Assembly (NCBI RefSeq): GCF_018977255.1
Contig: NW_024704753.1
Location: forward strand, 1,736,001 to 1,800,000
From: Callorhinchus milii
Taxonomy: Eukaryota
Direction of reading: 5' to 3'
Length of the DNA: 64,000 nucleotides
Below are positions 13,999-25,570 of the stretch, piece by piece. The translations under genes were made by a program, and so were the position numbers. Within the stretch, counting starts at the first letter, position 1, and every line of letters begins with the position of its first letter. The notes under the pieces are model-generated. The model made no database searches. It was given only the letters and a program-made list of their open reading frames with translations, and was not told the origin of the DNA.

Positions 13999-14489
13999 GT
14001 TTAACAAACACCCGCGTTTCACTGCCATCAGTTACAGTGTTAATTCTACGGAGCGTTAAGCAAAGTGTAACTTTGACACCACACTATAGATACCGGGAAA
14101 GAGATTTCGTGTCCGTTTCGTACAACACTGAGCGACGGGAAACAACTTTGCAAGTTCCCCATTTCAATCAATTACGGAGTTGCACTCTGACCACACCAAA
14201 GCGCTTCACGAGCTTTTCCTGTAAAGCTAGTAACCGTGTGTATTTCTGTCAGGCGAGGCCAACCCAGTAGCCAATTTTTTTGGCACGGGCTTACTTACGT
14301 CCCACGAAATCAACGGCCGATTTCTGCCGGGACACTGGAGCGAAACTCCCCGTTTTTTTTTTACTCTGCGGAAAACAACGCTTAAGATTTTGGTGTTATC
14401 TAAGACTGTTGAGCTCAAAGTCCTGACGTCTGAGCCATAATCGCAGGTGAGAACGCCACTGACTAAGCCAGACCGACACCGAAAAGAAC

Positions 14490-14754
14490 CTCGAGTTTCC
14501 TTACTCCACACACCTCTGTTTACGCAGCAGTCAGTAAGAACCCAGTTGTTAGTCGATTGGTGAATCGCTTTCCAAGGGGGTAATAATCCCTCCAAAAAAA
14601 AAGGTCACTCCACCCACGACTGTTTGTGGGACAGTGCACAATTGGCTGCCGGGTTTTGCCCGCAAGATACAGTCAATTCAGTTTACAGCATATATCCTGC
14701 GAAGCACTTTGCGACGTCTCAAGGGACCGATAAAGCGCGACATCAAATGCAGGG

Positions 14755-14780
<26 letters not shown>
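14490..14780 (+). mobile_element. 5'-truncated SINE, same family
   Basis: gtttccttactccacac...tcaaatgcagggat(tat)n. Confidence 0.85.
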
Positions 14781-14785
<5 letters not shown>

Positions 14786-15222
14786 ATTATTTATTTAAGT
14801 CGTTCAGGAGGAGGGGGGAAATAATTAGTGCTAATTATTAAACCAATAATCAATCATCAAATGATAATTCATTATTATCCAGATAATTAACGATTAATTA
14901 ACTCTTAAAAATGATTACATATTATTGTGGAGTCCCACAGCGGAGTGGTTAGACCGCTCCCGGGTTTGATTCCCAGGTGGGGCGAAACCTTGTCAGGATT
15001 CCTTCGTCCGCAAACCTCTTGCGGTGAGCAGGGGGTAATGATCCCTCAAAACAAACGCGGTCACTTGATCCACGACTCTTATTATTCTAGGGATGTTTTG
15101 CAATTTTCCACAACTCATTCCCGAAAGCAACTGCCTTCTGCCTTTGAAATTAAAAATAAAAATTGACATTAAATCGCACTCTTCACGACAGACGCGTGAA
15201 ATTCTACCGTACAGAGCGGCCT

Positions 15223-15253
<31 letters not shown>

Positions 15254-15260
15254 GTGTGTC

Positions 15261-15292
<32 letters not shown>

Positions 15293-16697
15293 GAGGGTGG
15301 GGGGTGGGGGGTGGAAATCCTTTTCAACCTTTGTTTTTCTTTAAAAAAACTTTGCGGAAAGGTGTTTCCTGAAATTACAGTGTGGGTCAATTGTTCTATT
15401 GTTAAAATCCCCAAAGGAGCGAACATCACTCTTTTGGCCCACAATCACCCTCCCCTCTCCCCCCCACTCCACCCTCGCTCTCGCTTCGCACAGTATAGAC
15501 CATCACTGACAGACCTGTCAGCACTTACTCTTAGTTAAAATTCCTGAGTTTTTAATCCCATCGGTGATCGCCATTGTCAACAGTACCTTTGCGTCTCTCC
15601 GCAACAAACAAAATAAATCTACGACTTAATTTCGCCCACAAAGCGCACTGTCGACGCACTTTTACTGTGCATTCTGTGAAGCGCTTTGAGACGTCACGTC
15701 AGTGGGATAAAGCGCTCTATCAAATGCGAGGATTATTAGTATTATTATTATTATTATTATTGTCGTTAATCCGGTTTGGTTCTGGAGCAAACCTGACTGA
15801 CGAGCTGAGATCCCAGTTTCAGGGCGTGGAAACGGGAGGAGACAGATTCTCTCTAACATCAGAACAGGAATCCCAGCAGTGACAGAGACACTCCCCCACC
15901 GCCCCCCACCCCACCCCACCCCAATAAAATTGGTCAATAACTTTGTGGCCGTTTCACGGGACATTTGCCCGTGAATGGGATGTTGTGCGCTCGATTGAAC
16001 AGGCAGAGTCGGTGCTTTGGTTTAACGTCTCAGCCAAAGGTCGGCAATACTCCGGCGATACATGCGCTCATCCACCAGCACAGAGCTGGAGCATCAACCT
16101 GTACTATACGAGTTGAAACCTACAACCTTCGAAGTCACTCTGACATACAAATTCACAACAACACCCCACCTCGCGCGCGCGCGCGCCCGCCCACACACAC
16201 ACAGACACACACGTCATACGTGTGAGAAGACGATATTCTTCGCAGGAACTTCCTCATTGCTATCAGCCGCTCACAAGACCCGAAAAAGAAGCGTGAGAGC
16301 TGAGAGAACCTTTATCTCAGACCACAAGAGAGCCATCGCAACAACACCTCAACGTGTTGCCGCCTGAAACACAATCCCAGAGCCAAAGCCCTCGGAGCCA
16401 CCACCATTGCTGGCAGTTTCGTGCCCAAAAACATACCCGAACATACCCATTGCCTGGTCAACCAGCCAGCAGAGCTCTGTCAGGTCGTGGGAAAGCTCTG
16501 GGCTTGATCCCACTCTCCTCCCCCACTCCCTCCCCCCAACCCCCCACCCCCACCCGCCACATCTTTGCAGCCTCAGAAACCCACAAGGGCCAAAAGCATC
16601 TTTCCTGCAGTCACATCCTGTGGTAATGACACCCATTGGGTCTCAACCCGACTCGGTCGGTCAAGCTCTCGTCCACATAGTCACATCATGACTGGAG

Positions 16698-17072
16698 TAA
16701 TAATAATAATAATAATGATCCCTGCATTTGATACAGCGCCTTATTACATCTTCGAGACGTCTCAAAGCTCTTCGCAGAATACACTGCAAAATGGATTGAC
16801 TGTGCATTTTGTGAGCGAAACACAACAGTCAATTGCGCACAGCAGCGTCCCCCAAACAGTCGGTCGTGGATTGAGCAACCAATTATCTTTTTGAGGGATT
16901 ATTACCCTCGGGAAAGCGATCCGCCAATCGCCTAACCACCGGGTTCCTACTTACTGCTGGGTAACCAGTGTGGGGGTAAGGGAACTTGCCTAGTATTTCG
17001 CCCTGCCCGGGAATCCAACCCAGGTCCTCTCGCTTGTGAGGCGAGCGCTCTAACCACTGAGCTCCAGGACTC
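16698..17072 (-). mobile_element. Full-length tRNA-derived SINE, same family
   Basis: Head GGAGTCCTGGAGCTCAGTGGTTAGAGCGCTCG, complete body and (TTA)n tail. Confidence 0.9.
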
Positions 17073-17481
17073 CACATAGTCAAGACTGACACTCCTGGAG
17101 TGTATGGGATGGCGAAGGGACGAGGGGGTGGTGGGGGAGGGTGGGTGGGGGGGGGGGGAATGAGGAAGTTTGCATTGTCCGTCCTTTCGGTGGGGACATT
17201 AAATTGAGGTTCCTTCGCCTCATGGCTCTTGAGGCGACCCACAGTTCGTCGAAAAATGATTGCTGCATTCTCCTACAAAAATCAGCTAACCACACTTGAC
17301 AGTAATTACTGTGCAGCACTTTGAGACGTGATAAGGTTATCAAAATACAAGTGTTTCCTTTCCAGTAAAATTAAAAGGCAGATGGCAGACAAAGAGGGAG
17401 TGGTGGGAGGGGTGGGGGGGGGGGCAGGGGAGAGGGAATCAGCATCCCTCACTATTCCGTATGTCCAGTATATGTTTAAAG

Positions 17482-18142
17482 AGCCCTGTGGTTAGAGCAC
17501 TCGCCTCGCAAGCGAGAGGACCTGGGTTCAATTCCTTGGTACGGGGAAACTTTAGGTAAGTTTCCTTACTCCACGCACTTATTATTCTGGTTACTCAGCA
17601 GTAAGTTGGAACCCGGTTGTTAGTCGATTGGCGGATCGCTTTCCGGGGGTAATAATCTCTCCAAAAAAAAGGATTATTATTCATTATTATTACACTTGGT
17701 TCTGAATGGTCTAAACCTGTGATGTCCCTTCACACCCTAACCCCGTTCCTTGCCTCTCTGACCTGCTCGTACCCCACTCCTCTGCCCCCTCGCACCCCCC
17801 ACCTTCACTCAGCGAGCACAAACCTGCTGCGTGCTTTGACCCTCCCAGTTTCCCTTTATTTAACCCACACCCACCGCAAGAAACGTACAGTTCCTTCCCT
17901 CGAGAAAATGCCACTTTACTTTCACAACCGCCAAAGATTGATGATCCAAAGCAGTTCTTCCACAAACCCGTGAACTTCAATGCCTTTCTCTTGGCTTTCC
18001 CACTACCACAAATGGCTGCCGTGTTTCCCCCACAAATACTCAGTCACTTCACTTTGCAGTCCATTCTGCGAAGCGCTTTGAGACGTCGCGAAGAGGTGAA
18101 AAGGTGCTATATCAAATGCAAGGATTATTATTATTATTATTA
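17482..18142 (+). mobile_element. SINE split by a ~300-bp unrelated segment (17700-18005)
   Basis: Head and body at 17482-17690; the tail resumes at ~18010 (aatggctgccg..aagcgctttgagacgtc..caaatgcaaggattattat). Confidence 0.65.
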
Positions 18143-18559
18143 TGGCCAACATGTTACTGTCTGTTGCTCCTTTCTAATTGAGGGCTGCAGTGTCAGTTTA
18201 TATATCTGTGTATGTGTGGGGGGGTGTTGGGGGGTGGGGGGTGGGGAGGTGGGTGGAAGGGATGGAAAGGATAAATTCCAGGATTGGGTTTCCCTCGTTT
18301 AGATTCCGCCGGTGCTTGCCGTTTATGCACCTACGTCAGATGCGGTGATGCTCATTATCCGCTTGAATTGGCCCCAGATCAAGAGATCGCCAAGAGAAAA
18401 AAAATGGGTGACTTGAAATGAATTCGAGCTTCATCAGAACTCTGCAAGCGCAGCATTTAACAACAGAGGGCACTTCACACCGACTGCTCCTTTCAGCGAA
18501 TGGAGCGAAACCTTGGCTCTGGAACAACGTATGGTCCCACACCTCAAGCAGTGCTTCTC

Positions 18560-18890
18560 AGGACTCCAGAACGTCAGGGTAAGTGACTGAGCCGACCCGG
18601 ACCCTGCGAACGTGCAACGCTGTTTGCTGGACATTGATTCGGAGGAGACGTTAAACCGAGGTCTTGCTTGTTCAGGCGGATGTTAAAGAGCTCGTGGTGA
18701 CGGTCCCCCAAAATAAAATTGGTCACTCGCTCCGCGGCTGTTTGTGGGGACGCTGCTGTGCGCAATTGGCTGCCGCGTTTCGCCCACAAAATACGCAGTC
18801 AATGCGCTTTGCAGTCTACCCTGTGAAGCGCTTTGCGATGCCTCGACGAAGTGAAGAGATGCAACATTAAATGCAAGGATTATTATTAGT
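18560..18890 (+). mobile_element. DeuSINE-like (SacSINE1/AmnSINE1-type) copy
   Basis: Deu-domain-like gagacgttaaaccgaggtc..ttcaggcggatgttaaaga followed by the shared 3' tail. Confidence 0.75.
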
Positions 18891-19069
18891 CTGGACCGAG
18901 AACTCAAAGCCCTGACCTGGAGCTTGTGAACCCACAGCTTTCTGAGGCAACAGCAGCAACAACAACAAGATTACATTTGTACAGCGCCTTTCAAGTCGGG
19001 AGGACGTCCCAAGGCGCTGACAGCACAGCAAAGAGCCAGGCTGTGTGCTTATCTTTTCTGTTCTGCGGA

Positions 19070-19107
<38 letters not shown>

Positions 19108-19477
19108 GAGAGAGGGAGAGAAAATCTGAAATAAGGGCTGGAAATCCATAGCAGATTAGGAAATGTACCACAGTTGAAACTGATTAACGGTGTATTTTGA
19201 CCCCTGGCTCCCAATTCTCACTTGGCTGATAAAAAAAAAACTTCGGCCAAACATACGGTACATATTCCGTGAAGAGTTTTGAGACGCCTCTCAGCCACGT
19301 GATAAGGCGCTACTTTCAGCGCCTTTGGGATGTCCTCCCAACGCGAAAGGCGCTATACAAGTGTCACTTGGTATTGCGTGGTGTCACATGCAAGGATTAT
19401 TCCGAGGTAAAAATAAAATGCAGTTAAGTAAATATTGTGTACGTAAACATTGAATGATTTATATGTAAAATATTTTA

Positions 19478-19653
19478 TAGAAAGCTCCCGATATCTCGAC
19501 ACCGACACCGACTGAACGTGTCACCGCCACCGAAGTCATTGCGTTGTCACAAATCCCGGCCGCGTTTATTCATGTATTTAATACACGTTCCCTGATAACT
19601 CGTCGCTGAACCCCTTTTCCCTGAGAGTGACGGGTTAGCAAGAGTTTAACTCT
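19478..19653. mobile_element. Diverged copy of the ~180-bp MITE
   Basis: ctgataactcgtcgctgaacccc...gtgacgggttagcaagagtttaact aligns by eye to 3212-3391. Confidence 0.6.
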
Positions 19654-20494
19654 ATTCAAGCAGATAAATATTTGTTGGGAGGGGGGGTTTATGGGTTATG
19701 CCATAAACGTAAAGAAGCACTGTTTCTTCGAGTCACTAAATAAATAAAAATCAGCGAAACGTGTGTTTTTTGGCGAAAAAAAAGACACTTTTGAATAAAA
19801 CGACAACTATTTAGGTATATTTGCCCGTGGCGTCAGGCGGTCATCTCTCAAAAGGCTCGACGCGGCTGGAGGGCACTAAGGACAGGCGGATGTACACCCC
19901 CGGCTCTGTACCAAAACTATCCATCCTGGCAGCTTGACACGTTCGTGCCCCCAATACCGCAGCGACTTGCATTTACATGGGCCCCCCCCTCACCCAGGGT
20001 AGCGTCTCGAGCTGGGGGGAAAGGCGGTGGTGACCGCGGGCACGGTCGAGGTTCTGACCGCTGTCCATCCGACCGACCGACCGGCCGGCCGGCGGTTCGA
20101 CAACGCTCGACGGAAATTAAACCTTAAAGGGTTTTTTTTTGCTCCTTTTGGGGGAAAAAAAAGTCAAGTGGGGGTCAAAGGGAAGGTGTTTATCACGTGG
20201 GGCGAAAGGGATTTCACGTCCCCCCCTTTTTTGGGGGCACAAAACCCGGCTGTAAGTGATAGAAAAACCTGACGCGCTGAGAAAAGACACAAACGCACAG
20301 GAAATCAGGTTGCGCTGCTCCTCCCGGACTAACGTTGGACCTTTCCGAGGAGGGGGGGGGGGGGGCCCTCTGGAGTGCTTCGCTTCCCTCCGCACGTGCA
20401 GAGAGAGAGAGCTACGCGCACTGTCGTGAGGGTTATTTCGGCTCTCAACAGCACACAGCATTCCCTTTGCATGACGCGCACACGCAACCGCAGC

Positions 20495-20710
20495 TACAAC
20501 AACAACAACAACAACAAGATTGCATTCATGGAGCGCCTTTCACGTCGGGAGGACGTCCCGAGGCGCTGGGCAGTTGGGTCGGGACCCGAGCATTGGGGGG
20601 GAGGGGGGGGGGGTGGGGGGGGGAATGGTCAGGGTGAGGGGAGGGAGAGCGAGGAGGGGGTAGAGGGTCGAGAGAGGAGCTGAAGACGCGGTGGAAGAGA
20701 AACACGGGTC
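20495..20710 (-). mobile_element. L2 LINE 3' tail
   Basis: (AAC)n followed by gcgcctttcacgtcgggaggacgtcccgaggcgctg, similar to the 3840-4160 element. Confidence 0.7.
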
Positions 20711-20784
20711 ACACACAGGTCTGGGACGGGGATCGGAAGGCAGTGGTTGCGAAGTTACTGCTTAAGACGGGTCGGATGATGCCT

Positions 20785-21970
20785 CGTCTCAATCTCTCCC
20801 CTATCTGTCTCCCCGGCTTCTCTCTCTCCCTCTCCCCTCTGTGTCTGTCGCTCTCTCTCTCCATCTCTCTGTCTCTACCCCCCTCTGTGTGTGTCTCTCT
20901 CTCTCTCCATCTCTCTGTCTCTACCCCCCTGTGTGTATGTGTCTCTCTCCATCTCTATCCCTGTGTGTGTGTGTATGTGTCTCTCTCTCCTTCTCTCTGT
21001 CTCTACCCCCCTGTGTGTCTCTCTCTCTCTCCATCTCTCTGTCTCTACCNNNNNNNNNNNNNNNNNNNNNNNNNNNNNNNNNNNNNNNNNNNNNNNNNNN
21101 NNNNNNNNNNNNNNNNNNNNNNNNNNNNNNNNNNNNNNNNNNNNNNNNNNNNNNNNNNNNNNNNNNNNNNNNNNNNNNNNNNNNNNNNNNNNNNNNNNNN
21201 NNNNNNNNNNNNNNNNNNNNNNNNNNNNNNNNNNNNNNNNNNNNNNNNNNNNNNNNNNNNNNNNNNNNTGTCTCTATCNNNNNNNNNNNNNNNNNNNNNN
21301 NNNNNNNNNNNNNNNNNNNNNNNNNNNNNNNNNNNNNNNNNNNNNNNNNNNNNNNNNNNNNNNNNNNNNNNNNNNNNNNNNNNNNNNNNNNNNNNNNNNN
21401 NNNNNNNNNNNNNNNNNNNNNNNNNNNNNNNNNNNNNNNNNNNNNNNNNTGTGTGTGTGGATCTCTCTCTCCATCTCTCTTTCTCTAGGTCTCTCCCCTC
21501 TCCCTTTTCCCCCTGTGTGTGTGTGTGTGTGTGTGTGTCTCTCTCTCTCCCTCTCTCGCTGTGTGTCTCTGGAGCTCTGTGTACCCCTCTGTGTGTGTGT
21601 GTGGGTGTCTGTCTCCATCTCTCTGTCTCTAACCCTCTGTGTGTGTGTCTGTCTCCATCTCTCTGTCTCTAACCCTCTGTGTGTGGGTGTCTGTCTCCAT
21701 CTCTCTGTCTCTAACCCTCTGTGTGTGTGGGTGTCTGTCTCCATCTCTCTGTCTCTAACCCTCTGTGTGTGGGTGTGTGTGTCTGTCTCCATCTCTCTGT
21801 CTCTAACCCTCTGTGTGTGGGTGTCTGTCTCCCCCTCTCTCTCTCTTCTCTTTATGTCTCTCTCTCTGTCTCTCCCCTCTTCCCTTTAGGTCTCTCTGTC
21901 TCTCCCCCTCTCCCTCTCTCTATCGCCCTTCTCTTTACGTCTCTGTGTGTGTGTGTGTGTGTGTGTGTCT
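20785..21970. repeat. CT/GT minisatellite (~38-46 bp unit ctccatctctctgtctctaaccctctgtgtgtgggtgtctgt); N-gaps at 21050-21268 and 21279-21449
   Basis: Directly visible tandem units. Confidence 0.93.
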
Positions 21971-22025
21971 GTGGGGCAGTGTGTGTGCCTGTGGGGCAGT
22001 GCCTCCCCCCCCCCCCCAGACTTAC

Positions 22026-22140
22026 CGGGTCCCGGTGCTGCCGCTGGTGGTCCCCCGGTGCCCCCCCCCCCCGGGCTGTCCGGGGCCGCACTGAGAGAGG
22101 GGGAGAAGCCGCGCACCAGAGCCGCGCGGTCCACCGCCAT
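22026..22140 (-). CDS. Probable first coding exon of the downstream gene (MAVDRAALVRGFSPSLSAAPDSPGGGGTGGPPAAAPGP), possibly FGD-family (FGD3-like)
   Basis: CpG-rich unique island between repeats, ATG with +4 G, perfect donor G|GTAAGT, 115 nt (phase 1). Identity is inferred only from synteny (BICD1-FGD4 tandem; BICD2-FGD3 linkage). Confidence 0.55.
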
Positions 22141-22182
22141 CCGCACCGGGAGTGGGAGTGAGAGAGAGAGAGACAGAGCCGC

Positions 22183-23520
22183 TCTCCCCCTCTCCCCTCC
22201 TCCTCCCCCCTCACTCCCCCTCTCCCCCTCCCCTCACTCCCCCTCTCCCCTCCTCTCACTCTCCCCCTCACTCCCCCTCCTCCCCCTCTCCCCTCCTCCT
22301 CCCCCTCACTCCCCTCTCCTCCCCTCCCCCCCTCTCCCCTCCCCCTCACTCCCCCTCTCCCCTCTCACTCTCCCCCTCACTCCCCCTCCCCCCCTCCCTC
22401 CTCCTCCCCCCTCACTCCCCCCTCTCCCCCTCCCCCTCACTCCCCCTCTCCCCCTCCTCTCACTCTCCCCTCACTCCCCCTCTCCCCTCCTCCCCCTCAC
22501 TCCCCCTCTCCCTCCTCCTCACTCCCCCCTCCTCTCCCCCTCACTCCCCCTCCTCTCCCCCTCCCCTCACTCACTCCCCCTCCTCCCCCTCTCCCCTCCT
22601 CCCCCTCACTCCCCCCTCTCCCCTCCTCCTCACTCCCCCTCTCCCCTCCTCCCCCTCACTCCCCCCTCTCCCTTCCTCTCCCCCTCCCCCTCACTCCCCT
22701 CCCCTCCTCCCCTCACTCCCCCCTCTCCCCTCCTCCTCACTCCCCCTCTCCCCTCCTCCCCCCCTCCCCCTCACTCCCCCTCTCCCTCCTCTCCCCTCCC
22801 CCTCCTCCCCTCCTCCCCCTCCCCTCCTCCCCCTCTCCCCTCCTCCTCTCCCCCTCTCCCCTCCTCCTCACTCCCCCTCACTCCCCCTCTCCCCTCCTCT
22901 CCCCTCTCCCCTCCTCCCCTCCCCTCACTCCCCCTCTCCCTCCTCCTCCCCTCACTCCCCCTCTCCCCTCCTCTCCCCCTCTCCCCTCCTCCCCCCCTCC
23001 CCCTCACTCCCCCTCTCCCCTCCTCTCCCCTCCCCCTCACTCCCCCTCTCCCCCTCTCACTCCCCCTCTCCCCCCTCTCCCCTCACTCCCCCTCTCCCCC
23101 CCTCTCCCCCTCACTCCCCCTCTCCCCTCCTCTCCCCTCCCCCTCACTCCCCCTCTCCCCTCCCTCTCCCCTCCCCCTCACTCTCCCCTCCTCTCCCCCT
23201 CCCCCTCACTCCCCTCCTCTCCCCCTCACTCCCCCTCTCACTCTCCCCCTCACTCCCCCTCTCCCCTCCTCTCCCCCTCCCCCTCACTCCCCCTCTCCCC
23301 TCTCACTCTCCCCTCACTCCCCCTCTCTCCTCCTCTCCCCCTCCTCTCACTCTCCCTCTCCCCCTCACTCCCCCTCTCCCCCTCCTCTCACTCTCCCCCT
23401 CACTCCCCCTCTCCCCCTCCTCTCACTCTCCCCCTCACTCCCCCTCTCCCCCTCCTCTCACTCTCCCCCTCACTCCCCCTCTCCCCCTCCTCTCACTCTC
23501 CCCCTCACTCCCCTCTCACT
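22183..23520. repeat. ~1.3-kb polypyrimidine/polypurine low-complexity tract (CCCCTCACT/CCCCTCT units)
   Basis: Plus strand is almost only C and T, with A confined to CACT. Confidence 0.97.
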
Positions 23521-23584
23521 GCTCGGGAGCAGCAGCGCCACTCTGTGTGAGCGTCAGCGACAGCGTCTCTCACTCCCCGACAAC

Positions 23585-24910
23585 ACAGTCACTAACTCAC
23601 ACAGTCACTCAGTCACTCACACAGTCACTCACTCACACAGTCACTCACTCACTCACACAGTCAGTCACTCACACAGTCACTCACTCACTCACAATCACTC
23701 ACTCACTCACACAGTCACTCACACAGTCACTCACTCACTCAGTCACTCACTCACACAGTCACACAGTCACTCACTCAGTCACTCACTCACACAGTCACTC
23801 ACTCACTCACACAGTCACTCACTCAGTCACTCACTCACTCAATCACACAGTCCCCACTCACACAGTCACTCACTCACTCACACAGTCACTCACTCACTCA
23901 CTCACTCACTCACTCACTCACTCACTCACTCACTCACTCACAGAGTCACTCACTCACACACACAGTCACTCACTCACACAGTCACTCACCCACACACACT
24001 CATTGATACACTCACCCACCCACACACTGCCCCCTCCACACACTCACTCACACACTCACACACACTCACTCACACACTTACTCATACACTGATACACTCA
24101 CTCACTCACACACACTCACGCACCAACACACCGCTCCCTGCACACACTCACTCACTCACTCCACACTGCCCCCTGCACACACTCACTCACACACACTGCT
24201 CCCTGCACACACTCACACACACACTCACACTGATACACTCACTCCCTACTGCCCCCTGCACACACTCACACTGATACACTCACTCCCTACTGCCCCCTGC
24301 ACACACTCACACTGATACACTCACTCCCTACTGCCCCCTGCACACACTCACAGATACACTCACTCCCTACTGCCCCCTGCACACACTCACACTGATACAC
24401 ACACATACACTGAGATACTCACACCGCCCCCAACACACTCCTCACTGATTCACTCACTCCACACTGCCCCCTATAAACATTCACACCAACATACTCACAC
24501 TCACACTGATACACACACTCACACTGCCCCCAACACACTCACACTGATACACACACTCACACTGAGATACACACTCACACTGCCCCCAACACACTCACAC
24601 TGATACACACACTCACACTGCCCCAACACACTCACACTGATACACACACTCACACTGCCCCAACACACTCACACTGATACACACACTCACACTGAGATAC
24701 ACACTCACACTGCCCCCAACACACCCACACTGATACACTCACTCACTCACTCCACACTGATGCACACACTCACGCACAAACGTATTCACTCTCTACCCCC
24801 CTCGACGCACACTTGGACACACACACACACAAAGATACACACACTCCCCTCACGCTCTGACTTACTTACCCCCAACTCACTCATTCACTCACAGACACAA
24901 ACTCACTCAC
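23585..24910. repeat. (CACT)n/CACAGT satellite grading into ~38-bp minisatellites (cacactgatacac..ctgcccc)
   Basis: Directly visible tandem units. Confidence 0.93.
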
Positions 24911-24969
24911 CAGCAATCATGGCCCATCACTCCCCCCCCCCCCACCCCCCACCCCACATGTCAGAAGAA

Positions 24970-25345
24970 TGCATCAAAGTGCTTCACTGTGAAATGGAGT
25001 GACTGTGTATTTTTACGGGCGAAACGCGGCAGCACAATTGCGTACAGGAGTGTCCCACAAACAGCCACGGAGCGAGTGACCAATTTTATTTGAGGGGATT
25101 GTTGGCCGGGACACAGTGAGAGAAAAAACTCCTTTCTCTTTTCGAACAGCGTCGTGGGATCTTTAACTCCCACCTGAACAGGCAGACAGGACCTCGGTTT
25201 AACATCTCATCCGAAGGACGGCACCTCCGACAACGCAACACCCCCCCACCCCCCCACTCCCCCCAGCGCTGCACTGGAGCGTCAGCTTAGACTACGTGAG
25301 ATGAGATCCTTACGTTGGGGTTTGAACCCACAACCTTCTGACTCG
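24970..25345 (-). mobile_element. Near full-length DeuSINE-like element
   Basis: Minus strand: B box GGTTCAAACC, Deu-like GTCGGAGGTGCCGTCCTTCGGATGAGATGTTAAACCGAGGTCC..AAAGATCCCACGAC, then the shared tail. Confidence 0.85.
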
Positions 25346-25367
25346 TAGACACAATACATGTGTATAT

Positions 25368-25570
25368 AGGCTGGAATTCACGCGCAGGAGAGGTTACAGA
25401 GGCCTATGACTGGGGCTCCAATTTTCCAGACCGAGGTGGATGGACATTTGTTAGGTCAGGTATCGAGGGATATGGAGCAAAGACGGGAGTTGAGGTACAG
25501 ATCGGCCGTGTTCTAATGGAATGGCGGAACAGGCTCGAGGGGCTGAATGGCCTCCTCCTCTTCCTGGGGA
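25368..25570 (+). mobile_element. CR1-clade LINE 3' end (shark-type)
   Basis: Decayed WNS..EV.EA...GIEGYG peptide and tail gaatggcggaacaggctcgaggggctgaatggcctcctcct. Confidence 0.8.

Noticed and set aside
15795-15845. Hammerhead ribozyme (CTGACGA...GAAAC)
   Set aside because: Stem II cannot close with the required G-C pair next to GAAA, and I found no stems I/III.
20743-21889. Long ORFs and a CRISPR-like periodic appearance
   Set aside because: Tandem minisatellite spanning N-gaps, with no unique spacers and no cas genes; vertebrate context.
22026-22140. IPPK exon 1 (the human downstream neighbour of BICD2)
   Set aside because: The peptide lacks the IPPK N-terminal W.YHGEGNKS motif.
21947-24274. 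775-aa and 646-aa Pro/Ser/Leu/His-rich ORFs
   Set aside because: Translations of C-rich and CACT low-complexity repeats that lack stops by composition; open in several frames.
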